NCBI GenBank assembly: GCA_963824115.1
Contig: CAWGOA010000010.1
Span: 11,398-75,397, forward strand
DNA: 64,000 bases
DNA from: an uncultured Actinomycetota bacterium
GTDB lineage: Bacteria; Actinomycetota; Actinomycetes; Propionibacteriales; Nocardioidaceae
Direction of reading: 5' to 3'
The notes below the pieces were generated by a model. That model was given only the letters and a program-made list of their open reading frames with translations. It was not told the DNA's origin and searched no databases. This document shows positions 56,111 to 64,000 of the stretch, piece after piece (position 1 is the stretch's first letter; each line of letters begins with the position of its first letter). A program made the position numbers and the translations under genes.

Positions 56111-59100
56111 ATGGTGCCTGCACAGCCGACAGCTCTGCGGCAAGCGCTGGGGGAGCGGGTAGTCGTCGCCGACGGGGCCATGGGCACCATGCTCCAACAG
56201 CAGGATCTGACCCTCGACGACTTCGACGGTCTCGAGGGATGCAACGAGATCCTCAACCTGACGCGACCCGACGTCGTCCGGCACATCCACGACTCCTACT
56301 TCGAAGCGGGCGCGGACTGCGTCGAGACGAACACGTTCGGGGCGAACCACGCCAACCTCGACGAGTACGACATCGCCGGGCGCATCTACGAGATTGCCCG
56401 CGCGGGCGCGGTCATCGCCCGCGAGTCGGCCGACGCCTGGTCGACACGCGAGCGGGTCCGGTGGGTCCTCGGCTCGGTCGGTCCAGGCACGAAGCTCCCC
56501 ACACTGGGCCACGTTGGCTTCGCCACGCTCAGGGACGCCTACGCCGAGCAGACGCGCGGGATGCTCGACGGAGGCGTCGACGCGGTACTAGTGGAAACTG
56601 CCCAGGACCTGCTCCAGGCGAAGGCCGCGATCATCGGCGCGAAGCGAGCGATAGCCGCGACCGCAGGAGCCGAGGCGACCCCCGTGATCGTCAACGTGAC
56701 GGTCGAGACCACGGGGACGATGCTGCTCGGTACCGAGATCGGCGCGGCGCTGACAGCCCTCGAGCCCCTCGGCATCGACCTGGTCGGGCTCAACTGCGCG
56801 ACCGGACCCGCGGAGATGAGCGAACACCTGCGCTACCTGGCCCGCCACGCCGCGATCGGCGTCGCCTGCATGCCCAACGCCGGCCTGCCCCAGCTCACGT
56901 CGGACGGCGCGTACTACCCACTGACGCCGCGAGAGCTCGCGGACGCACAGGACACCTTCACGCGGGAGTTCGGCCTGTCCCTGGTCGGGGGATGCTGCGG
57001 CACCACGCCCGAGCACACCCGCCAGGTGGTCGAGCGGGTCGGTGGCCGGCCGCTGGCGCCGCGTCGGCCGCGCCGCGAGGCAGGCGCGGCGTCGCTGTAC
57101 CAGCATGTGCCGTTCCGGCAGGACACGTCCTACCTGTCGATCGGTGAGCGCACGAACGCCAACGGCAGTCGGGCATTCCGCGATGCGATGCTCGCCGACC
57201 GTTGGGACGACTGTGTGGAGATCGCGCGCGGCCAGATAAGGGACGGCGCGCACCTTCTCGACCTGTGCGTCGACTACGTCGGCCGGGACGGCGTCGCCGA
57301 CATGCGCACCGCAGCGAAGCTGTTCGCCACGTCCTCCACGCTGCCGGTCGTGCTCGACTCCACGGAGCCGGAGGTGATCCAAGCCGGCCTCGAGGCGCTG
57401 GGTGGGCGTTGCGTCGTCAACTCGGTCAACTACGAGGACGGTGACGGACCTGGCTCGCGCTTCGCCCGGGTGATGCCGATCGTCAAGGAGTTCGGTGCCG
57501 GCGTGATCGCGCTGACCATCGACGAGGAAGGCCAGGCCCGCACGGCCGAGTGGAAGGTCCGGGTCGCCGACCGGCTCATCGCCAACCTCACTGCCGACTG
57601 GGGCCTGCACACCAGTGACATCATCGTCGACTGCCTGACGTTCCCGGTCGCCACGGGGCAGGAGGAAACCCGGCGAGACGGCCTCGAGACGATCGAGGCC
57701 ATCCGTGAGGTGAAGCGGCGCCACCCGGAGGTACAGACCACGCTGGGTGTCTCGAACATCTCCTTCGGGCTCAACCCTGCGGCCCGGGTGGTGCTCAACT
57801 CCGTGTTCCTGCACGAGTGCGTCAAGGCCGGCCTCGACTCGGCCATCGTCCACACGGCGAAGATCGTGCCGCTGTCGCGTATCCCCGACGACCAGCGCCA
57901 GGTCGCCTACGACCTCGTGTACGACAGGCGCAGCGAGGACTACGACCCGCTCCAGAGGCTGCTAGAGCTGTTCGCCGGTGTGACGACGACGGACACGAAG
58001 GAGACCCGTGCTGCGGAGCTCGCCGCGCTGCCGCTGCCGGAGCGTCTCCAGCGCCGCATCATCGACGGCGAGAAGCTCGGCCTCGAGGCAGATCTCGACG
58101 AGGCACTGGAGCGTGGCAGGTCCGCCCTCGACGTCATCAACGACGACCTGCTGTCCGGCATGAAGGTCGTCGGCGAGCTGTTCGGCTCGGGCGAGATGCA
58201 GCTTCCCTTCGTCTTGCAGTCGGCGGAGGTGATGAAGACAGCCGTCGCCTACCTCGAGCCGCACATGGATAAGAGCGACGACCGCGGCAAGGGCACGATC
58301 GTGCTCGCGACGGTGAAGGGGGACGTGCACGACATCGGCAAGAACCTCGTCGACATCATCATGTCCAACAACGGCTACACGGTGGTCAACCTCGGGATCA
58401 AGCAGCCGGTGAGCGCGATCCTCGACGCCGCAGAGGAGCACGACGCCGACGCGATCGGGATGTCGGGCCTGCTCGTCAAGAGCACCGTCGTGATGAAGGA
58501 CAACCTGGAGGAGCTCAACCAGCGGGGGATGGCGCAGCGCTGGCCGGTCATGCTGGGAGGAGCCGCACTGACCCGCGCCTACGTGGAGCAGGACCTGGCG
58601 CAGCTGTTCGGCGGCGAGGTCCGCTACGCACGCGACGCGTTCGAAGGGCTGCGGCTGATGGACGCCGTGATGGCGGTGAAGCGCGGCGACCCCGGCGCGG
58701 CACTGCCGATGCTGCGGGACCGGAGAGTGAAGGGGCCGGTGGCGACACCGAAGCAGACAGAGCCGATCGACCTGCCCGCCCGCTCCGACGTCTCGCTCAC
58801 CAACTCGGTGCCGACGCCACCTTTTTGGGGGGACCGGATCGTCAAGGGCGTCGCGCTCGCGGACTTCGCGTCGTACCTTGACGAGCGGGCGACGTTCATG
58901 GGGCAGTGGGGGCTCAAGACCTCGCGAGGAGACGGCCCGTCGTACGACGAGCTGGTAGAGACCGAAGGACGTCCGAGGCTGCGCAGCTGGCTCAACCGCA
59001 TCCAGACCGACGCCATCATCGAGCCGGCCGTCGTCTACGGCTACTGGCCCTGCTACAGCGAGGGCAACGATCTGGTCGTGCTCGACGCGCAGACCCGCTC

Positions 59101-59605
59101 GGGTGAGGTGGCGCGGTTCTCGTTCCCGCGACAGCACCGAGACCGCTTCCTCTGCCTGGCCGACTTCTTCCGCCCGAAGGACAGCGGCGAGCTCGATGTC
59201 GTCGCGTTCCACCTCGTCACCATGGGCCAGCGCGTCAGCGAGGTCACCGGCGAGCTCTTCGCCGCCAACGCCTACCGCGACTACCTCGAGCTGCACGGGC
59301 TGTGCGTGCAGCTCACCGAGGCGCTGGCCGAATACTGGCATGCGCGCGTGCGAGACGAGCTCGGCTTCGCGGGCGAGGACCCTGAGGACATCGGCGCGGT
59401 GTTCCGGCAGGGCTACCGCGGGTCGCGGTACTCCTTCGGCTACCCGGCCTGCCCCGACCTCGCGGACAGGGCGCAGCTCGTCGGGCTGCTCAAGCCAGAA
59501 CGCATCGGGGTACGCCTCAGCGAGGAGCTCCAGCTGCACCCCGAGCAGTCGACGGACGCCCTCGTCGTGCACCACCCCGAGGCAAAGTACTTCAACGCGC
59601 GGTGA
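56111..59605 (+). CDS. metH: cobalamin-dependent methionine synthase
   Basis: GAAGGAG RBS. 1164 aa. Hcy-binding GGCCGTTPEH, pterin-binding domain, B12-binding GDVHDIGKN, and a C-terminal AdoMet activation domain. Confidence 0.95.
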   Translation: MVPAQPTALRQALGERVVVADGAMGTMLQQQDLTLDDFDGLEGCNEILNLTRPDVVRHIHDSYFEAGADCVETNTFGANHANLDEYDIAGRIYEIARAGAVIARESADAWSTRERVRWVLGSVGPGTKLPTLGHVGFATLRDAYAEQTRGMLDGGVDAVLVETAQDLLQAKAAIIGAKRAIAATAGAEATPVIVNVTVETTGTMLLGTEIGAALTALEPLGIDLVGLNCATGPAEMSEHLRYLARHAAIGVACMPNAGLPQLTSDGAYYPLTPRELADAQDTFTREFGLSLVGGCCGTTPEHTRQVVERVGGRPLAPRRPRREAGAASLYQHVPFRQDTSYLSIGERTNANGSRAFRDAMLADRWDDCVEIARGQIRDGAHLLDLCVDYVGRDGVADMRTAAKLFATSSTLPVVLDSTEPEVIQAGLEALGGRCVVNSVNYEDGDGPGSRFARVMPIVKEFGAGVIALTIDEEGQARTAEWKVRVADRLIANLTADWGLHTSDIIVDCLTFPVATGQEETRRDGLETIEAIREVKRRHPEVQTTLGVSNISFGLNPAARVVLNSVFLHECVKAGLDSAIVHTAKIVPLSRIPDDQRQVAYDLVYDRRSEDYDPLQRLLELFAGVTTTDTKETRAAELAALPLPERLQRRIIDGEKLGLEADLDEALERGRSALDVINDDLLSGMKVVGELFGSGEMQLPFVLQSAEVMKTAVAYLEPHMDKSDDRGKGTIVLATVKGDVHDIGKNLVDIIMSNNGYTVVNLGIKQPVSAILDAAEEHDADAIGMSGLLVKSTVVMKDNLEELNQRGMAQRWPVMLGGAALTRAYVEQDLAQLFGGEVRYARDAFEGLRLMDAVMAVKRGDPGAALPMLRDRRVKGPVATPKQTEPIDLPARSDVSLTNSVPTPPFWGDRIVKGVALADFASYLDERATFMGQWGLKTSRGDGPSYDELVETEGRPRLRSWLNRIQTDAIIEPAVVYGYWPCYSEGNDLVVLDAQTRSGEVARFSFPRQHRDRFLCLADFFRPKDSGELDVVAFHLVTMGQRVSEVTGELFAANAYRDYLELHGLCVQLTEALAEYWHARVRDELGFAGEDPEDIGAVFRQGYRGSRYSFGYPACPDLADRAQLVGLLKPERIGVRLSEELQLHPEQSTDALVVHHPEAKYFNAR

Positions 59606-59728
59606 CCCCTGGGCCCGTCAACAAAGCCGAAAACGGTGACCGTGTCGTGACGAACCTTTGCTGACATCGTGTCCTAGGTCCTCTATGGTCGGCAGATCAG
59701 ATGACCTCGACCAGTCGACGGGAGCATC

Positions 59729-61354
59729 ATGCTCGGGAACAGAACACGGATCGTCGCGATCGGCGGGGCGGCGGTTCTGCTGCTGTCCCTGGCCGCCTGT
59801 GGCTCCAACCGGACCAACAACTCGGGCGGCAACAGCTCGGCGTCGGGCAAGAGCTTCACGATGGGCACGACCGACACCGTCACCGCCATCGACCCTGCGG
59901 GATCGTACGACCTCGGGTCCTCGACGCTCCAGTACAGCATCTTCCAGAACCTCCTCACGATTCCAGCGGGGCAGACCACGCCGGTAGGCGACGCGGCGCA
60001 GAGCTGCACCTACGGCAACCCGTCGACACTGACGTGCAAGCTCAAGCCGAATCTCAAGTTCTCCAACGGCGACGCATTGACGTCGGCAGACGTCAAGTAC
60101 AGCTTCCAGCGGGCATTGGCGATCGGCGACCCGAACGGCGCCGCGATCTACCTGCTCGGCGACATCGCCCAGACCGACAAGGCGGGCAACGTGACGGGCC
60201 TCAAGAAGGGCGCCATCGACACCCCGGACCCCTCGACAGTCGTCTTCCACCTCAACAAGCCCGACGTGACGTTCCAGTACATCCTCACCTACCCGGGCAC
60301 GGGCGCCATCGTCGACCAGCAGGTCTTCCCGGCGGACAAGAAGCTGGCCGACGACCAGGTGATCGGGTCAGGCCCCTACAAGCTCAGCCAGTACAAGGCG
60401 GGGCAGCAGGCGGTCCTCCAGATCAACCCCAACTACACCGGTGACCGGGTGGGCAAGGCGCCCGAGATCTTCATCTCCTACTACCAGGACGCCACAGCCC
60501 TCAGGCTCGCTGTCCACTCCGGCGAGGTCGACGTCGCCTGGGACAAGCTCGGTCCGACCGACATCGCCGCCCTCAAGTCCGACAGCAGCGTGACCGTCGC
60601 GCAGGGCGCCGGCGCGGAGATCAGGTACTGGGTGTGGAACAACGCGAGCGGACCGGGCAAGGAGCTCGCCGTCCGCAAGGCGGCCGCGCAGATCATCGAC
60701 CGCGCGGCGATTGCCAAGAACGCCTACGAGAACACGGTCACGCCGATGTACTCGATCGTGCCGCCGGGACTGCCGGGCATGACCGAGTCGTTCAAGACCG
60801 CCTACGGGGCGTCCCCGAACGTGGCTGCTGCCAAGAAGACACTCTCCGACGCAGGCATCAAGACGCCCGTGACCATCACCATGGGATACACGCCGACGCA
60901 CTACGGACCGAACACCGTTGACGAGGCGACCGAGTACTCACGGGAGCTCCAGGCCAGCGGGCTGTTCAAGGTCAGCCTCAAGAGCGCCGAGTGGACGCAG
61001 TACCAGACGATCTACAAGCAGGGCGCGTACGACCTGTGGATCCTCGGCTGGTACCCCGACTACACCGACACCGACGACTACCTGTCGCCCTTCCTCGTCG
61101 ACGGAGGCTTCTTCCAGAACGGCTACAAGAGTGCCCTGGCCGACAGGCTCGTCGGCCAGGAGCAGGGGACGACCAACACCGCGACGCGGCTGGCGGCCTT
61201 CAAGAAGCTTCAGGACCTGGCCGCGAAGGATGTGCCGTTCATCCCGAGCTGGGTGGGCAACAACACGGCCGTCTACCGTGCGGGGATGAACGGCGTGAAG
61301 CAGACGCTCGACCCGGCGTACATCTTCCGGCTCTGGACGATCTCCAAGTCCTAG
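59729..61354 (+). CDS. ABC transporter substrate-binding lipoprotein, family 5 (peptide/nickel type)
   Basis: Lipobox LSLAACGS. Length and GPYKL / WYPDY-type motifs match SBP_bac_5. Confidence 0.88.
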   Translation: MLGNRTRIVAIGGAAVLLLSLAACGSNRTNNSGGNSSASGKSFTMGTTDTVTAIDPAGSYDLGSSTLQYSIFQNLLTIPAGQTTPVGDAAQSCTYGNPSTLTCKLKPNLKFSNGDALTSADVKYSFQRALAIGDPNGAAIYLLGDIAQTDKAGNVTGLKKGAIDTPDPSTVVFHLNKPDVTFQYILTYPGTGAIVDQQVFPADKKLADDQVIGSGPYKLSQYKAGQQAVLQINPNYTGDRVGKAPEIFISYYQDATALRLAVHSGEVDVAWDKLGPTDIAALKSDSSVTVAQGAGAEIRYWVWNNASGPGKELAVRKAAAQIIDRAAIAKNAYENTVTPMYSIVPPGLPGMTESFKTAYGASPNVAAAKKTLSDAGIKTPVTITMGYTPTHYGPNTVDEATEYSRELQASGLFKVSLKSAEWTQYQTIYKQGAYDLWILGWYPDYTDTDDYLSPFLVDGGFFQNGYKSALADRLVGQEQGTTNTATRLAAFKKLQDLAAKDVPFIPSWVGNNTAVYRAGMNGVKQTLDPAYIFRLWTISKS

Positions 61355-61428
61355 CCCAACGGCAGCGCCTTGCTGGGGAGGGTCTGTGCAGTGAGCCCTC
61401 CCCAGTTCGGGCGTAGAGGAAGAGTCGT

Positions 61429-62454
61429 ATGAGCGCATCGGCGGGCTCGCTGCCCAGGTTCATCCTCCAGCGGGTGCTCCTGGTCATCCCGATGATCTGG
61501 ATCTTGATCACGCTCGTGTTCATCGTGTTGCGCGTAGCCCCCGGAGATCCCATCTCGGCGGCCCTGGGGGGCAAGCTGAATCCGGCCGCGCTCGCGCGGG
61601 CCCGCCACCAGTACGGCCTCGACAAGCCGATCATCGTCCAGTACGGCGACTATCTGTGGTCGGTCCTGCATCTGGACTTCGGCAGAAGTTTCACCGACAA
61701 CCAGTCCATCTTGTCGGTCGTGAAGCAAAACGGCGGCGCGACCCTGTCTCTCACCATCGCCGCGTTCATCGTCGCGCTGGGAATCGGCATTCCGCTCGGG
61801 CTCCTGGCCGGCCGACTGCGCGACACCGCCGCCGACGTGGTGATCCGGCTCTTCGGCATCGTCACCTATGCCGCTCCGATCTTCTTCGTCGGACTGCTGA
61901 TCCAGATCCACATCGCTCCCTTGCTGGGGCTGCCCACCAGCGGTGAGGCGACGCCCGAGACGCTGTTCATCGTGCCGGAGCGCACCCACATCGTCTTGAT
62001 CGACGCGTTGCTGAGCGGCGACTGGCCGTCCATCGAGGACGTCCTCAAGCACCTGGTGCTTCCCGCGTTCACCCTCGGCATCTTCATCTGTGGGGTGTTC
62101 ATCCGGCTGGTCAGGGTCAACATGCTGCAGACGATCCAGAGCGACTACGTCGAGGCAGCGCGGGCGCGGGGGATCTCGCAAGGCAAGGTCACCCGCAACC
62201 ACGCCTTCCGCAACGCACTGGTACCGGTCATCACCATCGTCGGGCTGCAGATCGCTCTGCTACTGGGCGGCGCGATTTTGACCGAGACGACCTTCAACTG
62301 GCCCGGAGTCGGCTACAAGCTGTACAAGTACATCTCCGGGCGTGACTACGAGGCCGTCCAGGGCCTGGTGACGATCTTCGCCCTTGTGGTCATCCTGGCG
62401 AGTCTCATCGTCGATATCGTCAACGCCTTGATCGACCCGAGAGTGAGGTACTGA
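61429..62454 (+). CDS. ABC transporter permease (DppB/OppB-like)
   Basis: FILQRVLLVIPMIWILITLVFIVLRVAPGDP N-terminus and EAA-type loop YVEAARARGIS. Confidence 0.88.
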   Translation: MSASAGSLPRFILQRVLLVIPMIWILITLVFIVLRVAPGDPISAALGGKLNPAALARARHQYGLDKPIIVQYGDYLWSVLHLDFGRSFTDNQSILSVVKQNGGATLSLTIAAFIVALGIGIPLGLLAGRLRDTAADVVIRLFGIVTYAAPIFFVGLLIQIHIAPLLGLPTSGEATPETLFIVPERTHIVLIDALLSGDWPSIEDVLKHLVLPAFTLGIFICGVFIRLVRVNMLQTIQSDYVEAARARGISQGKVTRNHAFRNALVPVITIVGLQIALLLGGAILTETTFNWPGVGYKLYKYISGRDYEAVQGLVTIFALVVILASLIVDIVNALIDPRVRY

Positions 62455-63410
62455 TGCGCCGGATAGTCACCGTCGTCATCGCCCCCTTCTCGAAGACCCA
62501 GGGGGTCGCCCGCTGGATGCTCGTGGTGGGCGCCGCGATCACCGGCTTCTTCTTGATCCTGGCGGTGTTCGCGCCGTGGATCGCACCCTACGGGTTCGCC
62601 CAGTTCTCCAGTCACGGCACGGAGTTCACCAAGCTCGGCCATCCGAGCTCTACGCACTGGTTCGGTACGACCGACTTGCAGACCGACGTGCTCTCACGGG
62701 TGATCTGGGGTGCGAGGACGGCCGTCGAGGTAGTCGGGCTCGCCGTCATCTTCTCGCTGGTCCTGGGACTGTTCCTCGGGATCGTGTCAGGCTACTTCGG
62801 GGGCTGGCTCGACCGTGTCCTGGTCTTGTTCATGGACGCGGTCTTCTCCTTCCCTTCCCTGCTGCTGGCCATCGTCTGCGCGTTCTTGTTCACCAACATC
62901 ATCGGCAACGGGATCTTGTTCCTCACCAGCGGCGTCGTCGCGGCCGCGCTGTCGTTGACCGCGATCTACATCCCGCAGTACTTCCGGGTCGTGCGCAACA
63001 CCACGATCAGCGCGAAGGAGGCGACCTATATCGAGGCGGCTCGAGCTCTTGGCGCCACCGACAGCGTGATCATGCGGCGGTACCTGTTCGGAAACGTCAT
63101 CCAGAGCGTCCCGGTGCTGGCCACCCTCAACGCCGCCGACGCGATCGGGACCCTTGCCGCACTGGGCTTCCTGGGCATCGGCATCCAGCCCACCCAGGCA
63201 GGGGAGTGGGGCTTCGACCTCCAGCGTTCCCTCGACGACGCAGGTCTCGGCATCTGGTGGACTTCTCTGTACCCAGGGCTGGCAATCGTGGTCTTGATCA
63301 CCGGGCTCACGCTGGTCGGCGAGGGACTCAACGAGACCATCAACCCGCTGCTGCGCAAGCAGCGGCTGGTGCCTGTCGAGATGACCCGACGAGACCAGGT
63401 AGAGCCATGA
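62454..63410 (+). CDS. ABC transporter permease (DppC/OppC-like)
   Basis: ATG overlaps the upstream stop (TGATG). YIEAARALGATD loop. Confidence 0.88.
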   Translation: MRRIVTVVIAPFSKTQGVARWMLVVGAAITGFFLILAVFAPWIAPYGFAQFSSHGTEFTKLGHPSSTHWFGTTDLQTDVLSRVIWGARTAVEVVGLAVIFSLVLGLFLGIVSGYFGGWLDRVLVLFMDAVFSFPSLLLAIVCAFLFTNIIGNGILFLTSGVVAAALSLTAIYIPQYFRVVRNTTISAKEATYIEAARALGATDSVIMRRYLFGNVIQSVPVLATLNAADAIGTLAALGFLGIGIQPTQAGEWGFDLQRSLDDAGLGIWWTSLYPGLAIVVLITGLTLVGEGLNETINPLLRKQRLVPVEMTRRDQVEP

Positions 63411-64000
63411 CCCTCATCGACCAGTCGGCGCCCGGAGCCTGGACCCACGGGCCGGTGATGGACGTGCGCGACTTGCGGGTCTGGTACGGCACACCCCGCG
63501 GCGCGATCCGGGCAGTCGATGGCGTGAGCTTCGCGCTCGAGGGTGGCCAGACGCTCGGCCTGGTCGGTGAGTCGGGCTGCGGCAAGTCAACCCTGGGGCG
63601 CGGGTTGATGGGCCTTCTCCCCGAGGGCGCCAAACGCGACGGACAGGTGCTCTTCAAGGGTGAGGACATCTTGCAGATGAGCGTCCACGACGCCCGATCC
63701 ATGCGTGGCGCTGACCTCGGCATGATCTTCCAGGAGCCGCTGACGCGGCTGAACCCGCTCATGCGCATCTCGCAGCACTTCGAAGAGACGATCAAGCAGC
63801 ACGAGCCCTCGCTGAGCAAGCGTGCCGTTCGGGAGCGGGCCATCGAGGTGCTGAACCTGATGGGCATCCCACCCACCCGTTACCGGTCCTATCCGCACGA
63901 GTTCTCCGGCGGCATGCGGCAGCGCCTGATGATCGCGCTGGCCGTGGTCCTGCGGCCGGCTTTCGTGGTGGCCGACGAGCCCACCACCGCCCTCGATGTG
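63407..64000 (+). CDS. ABC transporter ATP-binding protein (DppD/OppD-like), partial at window end
   Basis: Own translation from ATG 63407 (ATGA overlap): MTLIDQSAP...LGLVGESGCGKST (Walker A), FSGGMRQRLMIA (signature), ADEPTTALDV (Walker B). No stop before 64000. Confidence 0.88.
   Translation, partial: MTLIDQSAPGAWTHGPVMDVRDLRVWYGTPRGAIRAVDGVSFALEGGQTLGLVGESGCGKSTLGRGLMGLLPEGAKRDGQVLFKGEDILQMSVHDARSMRGADLGMIFQEPLTRLNPLMRISQHFEETIKQHEPSLSKRAVRERAIEVLNLMGIPPTRYRSYPHEFSGGMRQRLMIALAVVLRPAFVVADEPTTALDV

Overview
This is a high-G+C actinobacterial chromosomal segment (about 70% by eye, not computed) with roughly 60 genes, mostly core metabolism. From memory, gene order resembles Mycobacterium tuberculosis Rv1212c-1213, Rv1235-1238 and Rv2124c-Rv2136c. 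No CRISPR array, IS element, transposase or integrase was found.

Gene content, left to right:
- Two c-di-GMP signalling genes, an ABC-2 permease pair, cysG/cobA, a TrmH-family methyltransferase and def.
- Divergent glgA/glgC, then a gamma-glutamyltransferase, a cyclophilin and an amidohydrolase.
- A HipA-like kinase/DUF3037 pair.
- The LpqY-SugABC trehalose importer with a GH13 alpha-glucosidase and a LacI regulator.
- An RqlH-type RecQ helicase, a PAP2 protein and acylphosphatase.
- A small lower-G+C island, then pepC.
- A block of frame-disrupted genes: an ALDH7-type dehydrogenase, a Tat-signal amine oxidase, a Tm-1-like/PEP-hydrolase-like pair, a transglutaminase-like gene, a phosphatase, an M20 peptidase, GH15, an aldo/keto reductase and an F420-type LLM oxidoreductase. 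tRNA-Leu(GAG) lies within this block.
- uppP, corA and the actinobacterial phosphomutase/DUF3090/SCO1664 trio next to mshC.
- A ThrC-like enzyme, a PAC2 protein, metH and a peptide-type ABC importer that runs off the right edge.

Main second-look items:
1. A family of about 62-71 nt palindromic intergenic repeats, with four full copies and one short hairpin.
2. About 25-28 single-nucleotide frame disruptions. They are concentrated at 32-48.5 kb, while 12-15 kb blocks on either side are intact. This could be assembly indels or real gene decay.
3. A 2.4 kb lower-G+C insertion flanked by truncated VOC and YciI genes. It carries a secreted LamG protein, an XRE regulator/membrane-protein cassette with a 19-bp inverted-repeat operator, and a 25-codon ultra-hydrophobic mini-ORF.
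4. Two uncharacterised modules built on atypical kinases: HipA-like kinase plus DUF3037, and the SCO1664/DUF3090/phosphomutase trio.

All family assignments come from reading translated motifs. No database search was run.
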